DNA of 39,022 nt from Chloroflexota bacterium (GCA_037443025.1 JBBIPD010000001.1:1-39022); one strand, 5' to 3'. Positions 23,700 through 33,580 are shown, counted from the first letter of the stretch. The notes: a model not told the origin generated them from the letters alone. A program made the numbers and translations.

Positions 23700-23933
23700 C
23701 TAGACGAACTGAAATACATCAGCTGGATAGTTAGGAAAGAGCTGCTTATGCAGTTGACGCCGATTGAAACAATAAGGAGCTTCAAGGCTACCTTCAAATG
23801 GATAAGCCCAGGCTTTGGGTTCTGGCGTGTATTTGATTTGGCAAAACATGCAGCTGTAGCGCTGACTGCCGCTGCCTGTTTTCCCTACTCGGTTTTGGAC
23901 TTCTGCTCGATGACATCTTGGACATTCAATCAT
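23700..23933 (-). pseudogene. IS1-family-like transposase N-terminal zinc-ribbon fragment (77 aa ORF, no catalytic domain)
   Basis: CPRCH..x12..QRYSCMFCQIKYTPEPK matches the CxxC...QRYxCxxC zinc-ribbon of InsA/IS1-type transposases, recalled from memory. The ORF then degenerates and no DDE region follows. Confidence 0.4.
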
Positions 23934-24047
23934 GCCTTTATTTTAGCCCGATTTTTAGCCAGCCCCCGGGCTAATCGCTTTGTGCTTGAGCTGCAATCTG
24001 CCGCGCAACGTTTTTCGCATGTGGTAAACTTTCTCAAGGAGAGGCTC

Positions 24048-25364
24048 ATGACCATTGACGAATTCCCCCACGATTTCCTATGGGGCGCCGCCACCGCTTC
24101 TTACCAGGTGGAGGGCGCCTGGGACGCCGACGGCAAGGGGGAGTCCATCTGGGATCGTTTCAGCCACACCCCCGGCAAGATCGCCAACGGCGATACGGGC
24201 GACGTGGCTTGTGACCACTACCACCGCTGGAGCGAGGATGTGGCATGGATGCGCCGGCTCGGCTTGAAGGCGTACCGCTTTTCGATTTCCTGGACTCGCG
24301 TCCTGCCCGCCGGTAAGGGCGCGGTCAACCCCGCTGGCTTGGCGTTCTACGACCGCCTGGTGGATGCCCTCTGCGCCGCAAACATCGAGCCTTTCATCAC
24401 CCTGCACCATTGGGATTACCCCCAGGCGTTGTATGAGAGCGGCGGCTGGACCAACCGCGACAACCTGGCGTACTTTGCCGATTACGCCGCGCTGCTGGTC
24501 AAACTGCTCGGCGACCGGGTGCAAAAATGGGCTACCTTTAACGAACCGGGGGTGATCGCCTGGGTCGGCTATCTCTACGGCAGCCATGCCCCGGGGGAGC
24601 AAGACCCGCTTAAGGCGCGGCAGGTGGCGCACAACCTGATGCTGGCGCATGGCTTGGCGACCCAGGCGGTGCGCGCCGTGAACCCCAACCTCCAGGTGGG
24701 CATCGTGCTTAACCAGTGGATGACCGACCCCGCCGATGACGACCCCCGCTCCCTCCAGAACGCCGAGGACGCCTGGAACACCGAGCAGACCACCTTCCTC
24801 CACCCCATCTTCAAGGGCTGTTACCACCCGGCGCAGGCGGAATGGGTGGAGAGGCTGCCCGACCTGCGGGCGGGCGATATGGCGCTGATTGCTCAAAAGC
24901 TGGATTTCTTGGGCATCAATTACTACTCGCGCCACGTGTACAATGCCAACGGTCGCCTGGAGAAGGTGCCCGGCTCGCAGTACACCGAGATGGGTTGGGA
25001 GGTCTGCGCCCCGGCATTCCGCCGCCTGCTGAACAAGATTCACCGCGATTACAACCCGCCGCCCATCTACATCACCGAGAACGGGGCGGCGTTCCCCGAC
25101 GTGGTGGAAGCGGACGGCAAAATCCACGATACGCAGCGCATCAACTACCTGAGAGACCACTTCATCCAGACGCGCCTGGCAATGCAGGACGGCGTGGACG
25201 TGCGCGGCTTTCTGGTCTGGTCGCTGCTGGACAACTTCGAGTGGGCGTATGGCTTCAGTAAGCGCTTCGGCTTGATTTATGTGGACTATGCCACCCAGCA
25301 GCGCATCATCAAAGACAGCGGCGAATGGTACGCCCGGGTTATCGCCAATAACGCGGTGGAATAG
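24048..25364 (+). CDS. GH1 beta-glucosidase (438 aa)
   Basis: The start was moved to ATG 24048 (AAGGAGAGG SD). FLWGAATASYQVEGA is present, TFNEP carries the acid/base Glu and YITENGAAF the nucleophile Glu. The track's 124-aa N-terminal extension overlaps the IS remnant and AT-rich DNA. Confidence 0.92.
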   Translation: MTIDEFPHDFLWGAATASYQVEGAWDADGKGESIWDRFSHTPGKIANGDTGDVACDHYHRWSEDVAWMRRLGLKAYRFSISWTRVLPAGKGAVNPAGLAFYDRLVDALCAANIEPFITLHHWDYPQALYESGGWTNRDNLAYFADYAALLVKLLGDRVQKWATFNEPGVIAWVGYLYGSHAPGEQDPLKARQVAHNLMLAHGLATQAVRAVNPNLQVGIVLNQWMTDPADDDPRSLQNAEDAWNTEQTTFLHPIFKGCYHPAQAEWVERLPDLRAGDMALIAQKLDFLGINYYSRHVYNANGRLEKVPGSQYTEMGWEVCAPAFRRLLNKIHRDYNPPPIYITENGAAFPDVVEADGKIHDTQRINYLRDHFIQTRLAMQDGVDVRGFLVWSLLDNFEWAYGFSKRFGLIYVDYATQQRIIKDSGEWYARVIANNAVE

Positions 25365-25629
25365 ATAAGACAGTCCCGCCCATCGCTCCCGCGTTCTTTG
25401 CGGAGCGGATTGGGGGTGGGGGTGTGGTTCCAGGTATTCACCAATGAATATGTCATTGCGAACCCGGCGGTCTGTGCCGACCGGTGGTCCCATTCGCTGC
25501 GCTCAGGGCATGCTTTGCCGGGTGAGGCAATCTCCGATGATGCACGGGCTGCTTCGCCGCCAAGAACGCTACTCGCAGCGACAAATTCCCTTCTTGCGAA
25601 AACTCTGCCTGCCGCAGCGAACCCGAAAA

Positions 25630-25658
25630 TTGACAATGACGTCTGCCTGTTATAGAAT
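25630..25658 (+). promoter_or_regulatory. Candidate promoter TTGACA-17 nt-TAGAAT about 345 nt upstream of the aminotransferase gene
   Basis: TTGACA lies at 25630-25635 and TAGAAT at 25653-25658. No convincing plus-strand ORF occurs between it and ATG 26005. Confidence 0.4.
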
Positions 25659-26004
25659 CGTGAAAACCGTTGTGACTGCGGAGAACACATCCGGCGCCAA
25701 ACACATCATCCGCCCCTTGATTGAAGCCCATGGCAGGCGCCGGATGGCTTTTTGCTCAATCTGCAGGGGCGTGAGGATTCGTGCTGGCGGTTTGCCAGTT
25801 GTTGAAGTGCATTCAAGGGCAATCCGCCAAGCCCGGAGACCCTGTTGCCCATCGAGCCGATCATCTGCTGTTCCTGCTTGTGCAGCGCCGAGGCGGGTGG
25901 ATCAGAACTGAATTGAAAAATCGGGTTGAATGACTCCATTGGACAGGTTTTTTAGCGACGCTGATGACAACCGCCAAATTCCCCCGGAAAACAGAGAGGC
26001 TTAA

Positions 26005-27339
26005 ATGAGTGAGATATTCACCTCCTACTGGAACGACGCCCGGCAGTACCTGACCGGGGGCGTCTCATCCAGTTTTCGCATTAACCCCTTTACCGGTCAG
26101 CCGATGTACCTGAGCCGCGCCGAGGGGGCTCATATTTATGGGGTGGACGGCAGCCGCTACATAGATTTCTTCATGGGGCATGGCGCCTGCACCCTGGGAC
26201 ATAACCGCCCTGAGATTATCGCAGCCGTGCAGGATGTGCTGCAATATGGCTTCTTTGCCGAATACGACCACCCCCTCACCCTGGAACTGGCGAAGAAGAT
26301 CGTGGCGCACATCCCCTGCGCCGAGCGTGTGCGTTTCGTCAATTCGGGCAGCGAAGCCACCCTGCTCGCCATTCGCCTGGCGCGGGGTTACACCGGACGC
26401 AAGAAGATCGTGCGCATGGATGGACACTTCCACGGCGGACATGATTACGCCCTGCCCAACAATCTGGCAGCCTATATTGACCGCGACAACCCCGGGGACC
26501 GGGTCTCCCGAATCGTCCATTACACGGCGGGCATTCCCGAGACGATCGGCGAAACCCTGTACCTCATCCCCTGGAACAATGCAGAAGTCCTGGAGAAGCT
26601 CGCCCAAAGCAAGGGGGAGGAGATCGCCGCCGTCCTGATGAACCCGATTGACTACAACAACGGCTGTATCGGTTCATCCACCGAATACTTGGCAGCGGTG
26701 CGCCAGATTTGCGACGAACACGGGATTGTGATGGTTCTGGACGAAGTCCTCTCGGGCTTCCGCACCGGCATCACCTGCGCCCAGGGGTATTACGGTGTCA
26801 CGCCCGACCTGTGCCTGCTTGCCAAAGCCCTGACCAATGGCGTGCCCCTGGCGGCGATTGCGGGCAAAAAAGAGATCATGGACAAAATCATGGATCCGGT
26901 CAATCCGGTCATCGCTGGCGGCACTTTTTCCGGCAATCTGTTTGGCTGCGCCGCGGGCATTGCCGCCCTGGGGGTCATGGAACAACCCGGTTTCTTTGAA
27001 GCGTGGTTGCAGCGCGTCGATCACTTCTACAAACAGGTCCAGGCGATTTTTGACGAGCAGGGTTTCCCCGCCATCTTGCAGGGTATTGGATGCACCTTTG
27101 GCATATACGTGGGCACGCGTGAGCCGGTGCGCAACTATCACGACATCGTCGAAAAGACCGACCCAGCCCTGCGGGAGGCGTTTTTCCGGGAATGTATCTC
27201 CAAAGGCTTGTATTTCCACACCGATTTCACCATCTCAGCCATGCATACCGAAGAGACGCTTGCCAAAGCGCTGGAACTACTTCGAGAGGCGACCCGCCAG
27301 ACCAGGCAAAAGGTCAGGAAACACAGGGAGGTGGTATAA
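26005..27339 (+). CDS. Class III PLP-dependent aminotransferase (glutamate-1-semialdehyde aminomutase-like), 444 aa
   Basis: VNSGSEATLLAIRLARGYTGRKKIV and a DEV...GFR segment are typical of the class III/HemL-like family. Confidence 0.85.
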   Translation: MSEIFTSYWNDARQYLTGGVSSSFRINPFTGQPMYLSRAEGAHIYGVDGSRYIDFFMGHGACTLGHNRPEIIAAVQDVLQYGFFAEYDHPLTLELAKKIVAHIPCAERVRFVNSGSEATLLAIRLARGYTGRKKIVRMDGHFHGGHDYALPNNLAAYIDRDNPGDRVSRIVHYTAGIPETIGETLYLIPWNNAEVLEKLAQSKGEEIAAVLMNPIDYNNGCIGSSTEYLAAVRQICDEHGIVMVLDEVLSGFRTGITCAQGYYGVTPDLCLLAKALTNGVPLAAIAGKKEIMDKIMDPVNPVIAGGTFSGNLFGCAAGIAALGVMEQPGFFEAWLQRVDHFYKQVQAIFDEQGFPAILQGIGCTFGIYVGTREPVRNYHDIVEKTDPALREAFFRECISKGLYFHTDFTISAMHTEETLAKALELLREATRQTRQKVRKHREVV

Positions 27340-27414
27340 ATAGACTAGAGAGAATTGAATCCCCAGGTTTATAGATAAAGTATCGCCAATCGCAGTTATC
27401 AAGAAGGAGAAACC

Positions 27415-28722
27415 ATGAACACAAATCGCAATCTCACTCACGTATCCCGCCGGGGTTTTCTCAAAATGGCGGGAGCAGGGGCTGCCGGCGTTGCCTTCAG
27501 CAATTTGCTTGCGGCATGCGCCCCGAAAAGCGCAGGACCTGTCGTATTGAAGGTGCTGGTGCCTGCCGCCCCCGATCCGGCGCCGCCTGGGGTGGCAAAA
27601 TTCAGCGAAGAAGCTTTTGCCAAGTGGAAGACGGACAACAATGTGGAAGTGGTGTACGAAGCGCCGCCCTGGCCTCAATTGCACGACAAAATGGCGGCAA
27701 ATTTCGCCTCCGGTCAGTACGTCCACGATGTGATTTACAATTGCGGCTGGGTGCCCGAGTTTGCCGATTACCTGGTGGATTTCGTCAAAGACCTCCCCAA
27801 AGAATTGGTTGACGACCTGCCTCCATCCTCCTTCAGCACGGTGACCTGGGACGGCAAGAAGCTGGGGGTGGTATTTACACTTTCCCTGCTGACCCTGTTC
27901 TACAACAAAGAACACCTGGAGAAAGCCGGCATCAAGGAACCGCCTAAAAACTGGGATGAGCTGAAAGGCATGGCGAAGCAGCTTACCGGCGGAGGGCAGT
28001 ACGGCTGGGTGCTGAATTACGGCGCGCCCGAGGGCATTGGCGGCGTGGCGTCCTACTGGATGTGCTTCCTCCAGCAGGCTGGCGGGAAGGTGTACGACGC
28101 TAACGGCATGCCCGCCTTTAATAACGAGGCAGGCGTGGATTCCCTGCAGGTGATGATTGACCTGATGGAGAGCACCGACCCCGGCTCCATCAGCTACGTG
28201 GGCATCAATGACGCCACCAACGTCTTCTCCTCGGGTCAGGCTTCGATGATGATGAACTGGCCCTTCATGTGGGTGCCCGCCAACGATCCTGCCACATCCA
28301 AGGTGGTGGGCAAAGTGGGTTCGGCGCTCCTGCCCGCCGGTCCGGCTGGCACCGCATCCATTGATGGGACGGACGCCTATACCATCGCCAAGCTCTCCCC
28401 CAACCCCGATAAGGCGCGCCAGCTCATCGAGTTCTACCTGGACAAAGAGGTGCAAAAACGTCAGGTGCTGGATACCGGCTGGCTCCCAATTCGCCTCTCC
28501 GTCTTGAATGACCCTGAGGTACAGGCGGCGGCGCCCAACGCTGCGGTCGTACTCGAACAGGCGAAGAATCCCTATGACAGCTTTATCACCCCGGATTACA
28601 ACGCGGTGACCACTGCCATTGGCGTCGAAATCCAGAAAGCGCTGGCTGGTTCCCAAAGCGCGGCGGAGACCATCCAGAACGCCTATGACCAGGTGACAGA
28701 GATTGTAAAGAAACGCGGTTAA
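27415..28722 (+). CDS. ABC transporter sugar-binding lipoprotein with Tat-like signal (435 aa)
   Basis: AAGGAGA SD. SRRGFLKMAGAGAAGVAFSNLLAAC combines a twin-arginine motif with a lipobox. The body is a family-1 binding protein. Confidence 0.9.
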   Translation: MNTNRNLTHVSRRGFLKMAGAGAAGVAFSNLLAACAPKSAGPVVLKVLVPAAPDPAPPGVAKFSEEAFAKWKTDNNVEVVYEAPPWPQLHDKMAANFASGQYVHDVIYNCGWVPEFADYLVDFVKDLPKELVDDLPPSSFSTVTWDGKKLGVVFTLSLLTLFYNKEHLEKAGIKEPPKNWDELKGMAKQLTGGGQYGWVLNYGAPEGIGGVASYWMCFLQQAGGKVYDANGMPAFNNEAGVDSLQVMIDLMESTDPGSISYVGINDATNVFSSGQASMMMNWPFMWVPANDPATSKVVGKVGSALLPAGPAGTASIDGTDAYTIAKLSPNPDKARQLIEFYLDKEVQKRQVLDTGWLPIRLSVLNDPEVQAAAPNAAVVLEQAKNPYDSFITPDYNAVTTAIGVEIQKALAGSQSAAETIQNAYDQVTEIVKKRG

Positions 28723-28735
28723 TCGCAGCGCATCA

Positions 28736-28770
28736 CCCCCTGCCCCTGCAATCCAGGCAGGGGCAGGGGG
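28736..28770 (+). promoter_or_regulatory. Intercistronic perfect hairpin (14-bp arms CCCCCTGCCCCTGC / GCAGGGGCAGGGGG, 7-nt loop) after the binding-protein gene
   Basis: Seen directly. There is no T-run, and it occupies the same position as the hairpin at 16985-17016. Confidence 0.6.
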
Positions 28771-28783
28771 AAGGGCAACGTTT

Positions 28784-29695
28784 ATGCAAATCACCAACGA
28801 CTACAACCGTCGGCGCTTTCGCATGGGGTTGTGGTTCACCGCTCCAGCCATCATCGTGCTCCTGGCGGTGCTGGCGTATCCCATTATCGCCTCGTGGGTG
28901 CTGTCTTTCTTGCGCGTGCGCTTCGCCGGGCAGGGGTTGAGCTTCCAGTTTTACGGCTTCAAAAACTACACGGATATGCTCTCCAATCAATTGTTCCGCG
29001 AGGCATTGGCGCGTTCGATTTATTTCACCTTTGTCGAGGTGGTGGTGGTTGTCTTTTTGGCGTTGATCGTGGCGCTCATGCTCAACCACCCCCTCGGACG
29101 GCATGCCTTCTTTCGCGTGGTGCTGCTTGTGCCGTGGGCGCTGGCGCCGGTGGCTAACGCCGTGCTGTGGAAATGGATTTACAACGCCAACTACGGCATC
29201 CTCAACCAGATTCTGGTCGGCGTCGGACTCATCGAAAAAAATATCGTCTGGTTGGGCAGCCCGTTGCTGGCGCTCAACATGATCTTGCTGGCGGATATCT
29301 GGAAAGCCGTCCCTTTTATCGCTTTGTTGTTGCTGGCAGGCTTACAGAATATCCCGTCTTACCTGTATAAAGCCGCCCGGCTGGACGGCGCCAACACCTG
29401 GCAGCAGTTCCAGCACGTCACCCTGCCCGGGCTGAAAACCACGCTGGTCATCTCCATTGTCTTGCAGAGCATCTGGGCGCTGAAAGTGTTCGACCTGATT
29501 TATGTCCTCACCAAGGGCAGCCCCGCCGACAGCACCGTCCTGCTCAACTATCTCTCCTGGCGCGAGACCTTCAGCAACCTGGATGTCGGCTACGGCGCGG
29601 CGATTGCCAATGTGCTTTTCGTGATGATGTTCTTATTGGCGCTGATCTACATCCGCGCTTTGCGACCCCGTCAAACCGGCGAAAGGGCAGGCTGA
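28784..29695 (+). CDS. Carbohydrate ABC transporter permease (MalF-like), 303 aa
   Basis: Multi-TM protein with EAA loop YKAARLDGANTWQQFQHVTLP. Confidence 0.9.
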   Translation: MQITNDYNRRRFRMGLWFTAPAIIVLLAVLAYPIIASWVLSFLRVRFAGQGLSFQFYGFKNYTDMLSNQLFREALARSIYFTFVEVVVVVFLALIVALMLNHPLGRHAFFRVVLLVPWALAPVANAVLWKWIYNANYGILNQILVGVGLIEKNIVWLGSPLLALNMILLADIWKAVPFIALLLLAGLQNIPSYLYKAARLDGANTWQQFQHVTLPGLKTTLVISIVLQSIWALKVFDLIYVLTKGSPADSTVLLNYLSWRETFSNLDVGYGAAIANVLFVMMFLLALIYIRALRPRQTGERAG

Positions 29696-29696
29696 T

Positions 29697-30533
29697 ATGT
29701 TCTCTTATAGGCGCTATCTATCGCGTTTCTTTATCCGCCTGGGGCTGGCTCTCTTCACCTTAATCGCCCTGGGACCGGTGATTTGGGCAGTGATCACCAG
29801 CCTGCTTCCTCTTTCGGCGCTCACCTCCCGCCCGCCAGACCTGAACCCGCTCAATCTGACCCTGGAGAATTACCGGCTGGTTCTTGATAGCAGCCGCGGC
29901 TTGTTCTCGGGGTTGATCAACTCGTTCATCATCGCCACCTTCACCGGCGCTGTGGGGCTGGTGATTGGCTCGATGGCAGCCTACGCCCTGGCGCGGTTGC
30001 GCATGCCCGGCAGCGGTACGATTCTGATGATGATTCTTGCCACCCAGATGTTCCCCGGCATCGTCATTGCCATCCCCCTCTTTCTGGTGATGAGCCGCCT
30101 GCACCTGGTGGACACCCACTTTGCGTTGGTTGTGGTGTATTTGTCTTTCACGCTGCCCATCGTTATCTGGATCTTGAAGGGCTTTTTCGAGAGTGTGCCC
30201 ATGGAACTGGAGCGCGCCGCCGCCGTGGATGGCGCCTCGCCTTTGCAAACCTTTCGGCATGTGGTTCTGCCCATTTCCCTGCCGCCGTTATTTGCCACCG
30301 GCGTTTTTGTCTTCATCGAATCGTGGAACGAATTCTTCTTCGCCATTATCCTCACCCGCATCAACGTCAAAACCGCGCCCATCGCCATCGCTGAGTTCTC
30401 GGGTCAGTACCAGACTCTCTACGGGCAGATGCTTGCTTCGGCGGTGCTGGCAAGCGTCCCGGTAGTGTTGCTTGCCATTATTTTCCGCAAGTTCATTCTG
30501 GAGGGCTTCGTGGAAGGAGCGATCAAAGCCTGA
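29697..30533 (+). CDS. Carbohydrate ABC transporter permease (MalG-like), 278 aa
   Basis: Multi-TM protein with EAA loop ERAAAVDGASPLQTFRHVVLP. Confidence 0.9.
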   Translation: MFSYRRYLSRFFIRLGLALFTLIALGPVIWAVITSLLPLSALTSRPPDLNPLNLTLENYRLVLDSSRGLFSGLINSFIIATFTGAVGLVIGSMAAYALARLRMPGSGTILMMILATQMFPGIVIAIPLFLVMSRLHLVDTHFALVVVYLSFTLPIVIWILKGFFESVPMELERAAAVDGASPLQTFRHVVLPISLPPLFATGVFVFIESWNEFFFAIILTRINVKTAPIAIAEFSGQYQTLYGQMLASAVLASVPVVLLAIIFRKFILEGFVEGAIKA

Positions 30534-31594
30534 TGGCTACCCTTGAATTGGTCCACATCGTGAAGAAATTTGGCGAGGTCACCGCCGTGAACGACATCAG
30601 CCTGCGCGTGGAAGAAGGCGAGTTCGTCACGCTGCTCGGTCCCTCGGGTTGCGGCAAATCCACCATCCTCAATATGACCGCCGGGTTGGAGGATGTCACC
30701 TCGGGCGAGATTCGAATCAATGGAAAAACCGTCAACCATCTTGGACCCTACGAGCGGGATGTGGCGATGGTCTTTCAGAACTATGCCCTTTATCCGCACA
30801 TGACGGTGGAAGAAAACATCGGCTTTTCACTGCGTTTGAGAAAGCGCCCCAAAGATGAAATCCGCGAACGGGTGAGGAAAGTGGCGGAGATGCTCGAGCT
30901 GGAGCAGTTGCTCCACCGCCTGCCCCGCGAGCTTTCCGGCGGGCAGCAGCAGCGCGTCGCCATCGGTCGGGCGGTCATCCGCGAGCCTTCCATCTTCTTG
31001 TTTGATGAGCCTTTCTCCAACCTGGACGCCGCACTGCGCATCAAGACCCGCGGCGAAATCAAGGAATTGCACCAGCGCCTGGGGGTCACCTCCATTTTTG
31101 TCACCCACGACCAGGAGGAAGCTTTATCCCTCTCCGACCGCATCGCGGTTGTGCGCCTGGGTCATCTGGAACAGTTTGGCACGCCGGAGGAAGTGTACGC
31201 CAGACCCGCCTCAAAATACGTGGCGCGCTTTATCGGCACCCCACAGATGGACATCTTCAGCGGCGAGTTCCTGCGCCAGGATGGCTTGTATTATCGGATT
31301 GGCAAAGCCCGGATTCCTCTGCCCGCCTCCATCCAGCCGCCCGCCGCCGCCGTGGACATGGGCGTGCGCTCCGAATTTGTGCGCCTGGGCGCTCAGGGTT
31401 TCCCGGCGATGGTGCGCCTGGTGCAACCTGTGGGTCCGTTCACTTACGTCACGGTGGAGTGGCAGGGCGGCGGCGTCACAGCCCGCGTGAACGGCGTCTC
31501 GCACCTGAAACCCAGAGAAAACATCCGGGTCGAAATTGACCCTGAAGGGGTGCTCTTCTTCGACCGCGGCACAGAGAAACGGATAGACCTGTGA
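30533..31594 (+). CDS. ABC transporter ATP-binding protein (MalK/UgpC/MsiK-like), 353 aa
   Basis: Walker A is GPSGCGKST, the signature is LSGGQQQRVAIGRA and Walker B is IFLFDEP. A C-terminal regulatory (TOBE-like) domain follows. Confidence 0.92.
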   Translation: MATLELVHIVKKFGEVTAVNDISLRVEEGEFVTLLGPSGCGKSTILNMTAGLEDVTSGEIRINGKTVNHLGPYERDVAMVFQNYALYPHMTVEENIGFSLRLRKRPKDEIRERVRKVAEMLELEQLLHRLPRELSGGQQQRVAIGRAVIREPSIFLFDEPFSNLDAALRIKTRGEIKELHQRLGVTSIFVTHDQEEALSLSDRIAVVRLGHLEQFGTPEEVYARPASKYVARFIGTPQMDIFSGEFLRQDGLYYRIGKARIPLPASIQPPAAAVDMGVRSEFVRLGAQGFPAMVRLVQPVGPFTYVTVEWQGGGVTARVNGVSHLKPRENIRVEIDPEGVLFFDRGTEKRIDL

Positions 31595-32559
31595 TGAAAA
31601 CCATCCCCACCCTGCCCTTTGCGCGCCTGATGCCCTTCTCGCAGGTCGAGGAGAAACGCCCCGTCCTGCTGGTCACCTCCATGCCCGCCTGGAACGCGGT
31701 CGGCGCCAGCCTGAGCGGTTTGCATACGGTCGCCCTGCTGGAGGCGACCCAAGCCAATACCGCCCACTGGGATGAGCTGCTCTCGAAAATCGACGCCAGC
31801 CAACCCGAAATCGTCTATGCCGTGGGCGGCGGGCTGACCGCCGACGCCGGCAAGTACCTCGCCTCCCGCCTCAACCTGGAGCTGGTGGTTTTGCCCACCG
31901 CCCTTTCCGTGGACGCGTTCCTCACCGCCGCCTCGGGGGTCCGCCGCGAGGGTTGTGTCTATTACATCCCCACCAAAGCGCCGGAGACGCTCATCCTGGA
32001 CCTCGAAGTCATCGCCGGCGCGCCGCTCTCCATCCGCGCCGCGGGCGTCACGGATGTCATGTCCATCGCCACCGGCTGTTGGGACTGGAAATTCGCCCAC
32101 GAGCGGGGGATGAACCCTCCCGGCATGCAGTTCGTCCCCTGGGTGTACCACAACGCCCAGAGCATCCTGGAGGGCGTCCTGGACTGCGCCGAAGCCGCCG
32201 GGCGCGGCGACCCGGATGGATTGAAGACGCTCTACGATTGCCTGGCGATGGAGGTGCAGTTGTGCAACCAGGTCGGTCACGCCCGCCCGGAGGAGGGCAG
32301 CGAGCACTACTTCGCCTACTGCGCCGAGAACTACCTGGGTCACGGCTTGCCCCACGGCGACCTGGTCGGACCGGGGATTTTGCTTATGGCGGGTCTGCAG
32401 GGGCAGGATACCCGGCGCTACGAGGCGGCGTTGCGGGCGTGCAACATCCCCCTGGAGCGCATCCCCCCCGAGGTGACCGCCCAGACCCTGAGGGATTTGC
32501 CGGCTTACTGCGCAAAGCACGGGCTGCCCTTTGGCATCGCCCACACCCTCCAGGGATGA
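31591..32559 (+). CDS. Iron-containing alcohol dehydrogenase / glycerol-1-phosphate dehydrogenase-like protein (DHQS-like superfamily), 322 aa
   Basis: VYAVGGGLTADAGKYLA is the GGGxxxDxxK nucleotide-binding motif, and EHYFAY/HG residues lie downstream. The start is GTG 31591 or ATG 31594. Confidence 0.6.
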   Translation: MMKTIPTLPFARLMPFSQVEEKRPVLLVTSMPAWNAVGASLSGLHTVALLEATQANTAHWDELLSKIDASQPEIVYAVGGGLTADAGKYLASRLNLELVVLPTALSVDAFLTAASGVRREGCVYYIPTKAPETLILDLEVIAGAPLSIRAAGVTDVMSIATGCWDWKFAHERGMNPPGMQFVPWVYHNAQSILEGVLDCAEAAGRGDPDGLKTLYDCLAMEVQLCNQVGHARPEEGSEHYFAYCAENYLGHGLPHGDLVGPGILLMAGLQGQDTRRYEAALRACNIPLERIPPEVTAQTLRDLPAYCAKHGLPFGIAHTLQG

Positions 32560-32584
32560 GGTTGTGTGTGAGAGGAGGCAAGCG

Positions 32585-33580
32585 ATGAAGGTCGCCATTG
32601 CAGGCGCAGGCTATATCGCCGCCATCCACGCCCGAGCGGTGAAGACGAATGGCGGGGAGGTGGTCGCCGTGATTGAGAAGTTCCCGCAGGTGGGGGCGCG
32701 CTTCGCCAGGCGCTTCCGCATCGAGCGCCAGTACGAGAGCGTGGAAGAGGCGTTGGCGCAGGCGCAGTTCGACGCCCTGGTCATCGGCACGCCCAATTAC
32801 CTGCACGCCCCGCAGGCGATCGCCGCCCTGAAGGCGGGCGTGGCGGTGATGGTCGAGAAGCCGATGGCGTTGAACGCCGCCGAGTGCCAGGAGATGGCGC
32901 AAGCCAGCCAGAAAAGCGGCGCTCCTTTGATGGTGGCGCACTGCTGGCGCTTCGATAGAGATGTGCTCTGGCTGAAGAGGCAGGCGCCGCGCCTGGGCAA
33001 AATCTTCCGCACCAAGGGCTACGGCGTGCACGCCAATTGGGGACCCGCGGGCTGGTTCACCCAGAAGCAGTTCGCCGGAGGCGGGGCGATGGTGGATATG
33101 GGCGTCCACGCCATTGACACGGCGCGCTTCCTGCTGGGCGACCCGCAGCCGGTGAGTGTGTTTGCAAAAATCGGGACGTATTACAAGGATTACGATGTGG
33201 ACGACACCGGGGTGGTGATTGTCGAGTGGGATAACGGCGCCGTTTCCTATATCGAATCCGGCTGGTGGCAGCCGCACAGCGACGCTCCCGAGGCAGCCAC
33301 CCAGCTCTACGGGCAAAAAGGCTTCGGGCAGTTGTTCCCCACCCTGCTCGAAATCCCCGACTGGCAAACGCGACAGGTGCAGGTCGTCCCATCTGGCTAC
33401 GCGTTCCCCCGCAAGGAGCACTGCCCGCAGCGCATGTACAACGCCCAGATGAAATACTTCCTGGGCTGCGTCGCAACCCGCCAGACCCCCGTTCCGGGCT
33501 GGCAGGAAGGCTTGACCAACATGCGCATCGTGGACGCCGCCTATGAGTCGAACCGGACGGGGAGGGTGGTGGCGGTTTAG
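32585..33580 (+). CDS. Gfo/Idh/MocA-family NAD(P)-dependent oxidoreductase (331 aa)
   Basis: The start was moved to ATG 32585 (GAGAGGAGG SD), giving MKVAIAGAGYIAAIHARAV. VMVEKPMA is the EKP motif. Confidence 0.88.
   Translation: MKVAIAGAGYIAAIHARAVKTNGGEVVAVIEKFPQVGARFARRFRIERQYESVEEALAQAQFDALVIGTPNYLHAPQAIAALKAGVAVMVEKPMALNAAECQEMAQASQKSGAPLMVAHCWRFDRDVLWLKRQAPRLGKIFRTKGYGVHANWGPAGWFTQKQFAGGGAMVDMGVHAIDTARFLLGDPQPVSVFAKIGTYYKDYDVDDTGVVIVEWDNGAVSYIESGWWQPHSDAPEAATQLYGQKGFGQLFPTLLEIPDWQTRQVQVVPSGYAFPRKEHCPQRMYNAQMKYFLGCVATRQTPVPGWQEGLTNMRIVDAAYESNRTGRVVAV

Noticed and set aside
23676-24047. 124-aa N-terminal extension of the beta-glucosidase ORF.
   Set aside because: GH1 enzymes start close to the FLWG motif. 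ATG 24048 has a strong SD. The extension lies in AT-rich DNA and overlaps the IS-like remnant on the other strand.
24078-25493. 471-aa minus-strand ORF antisense to the GH1 beta-glucosidase.
   Set aside because: The plus strand encodes an unambiguous GH1 enzyme with both catalytic motifs. The antisense translation has no recognisable features.
25706-25939. 77-aa minus-strand ORF (MESFNPIFQFSS...) in the aminotransferase leader.
   Set aside because: It has no visible SD, no family resemblance and a Ser/Gly/Arg-rich tail. It is kept only as an alternative explanation in the leader finding.
27277-28797. 506-aa minus-strand ORF antisense to the sugar-binding protein gene.
   Set aside because: Shadow ORF. 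The plus-strand product has a Tat/lipobox signal and a binding-protein body.
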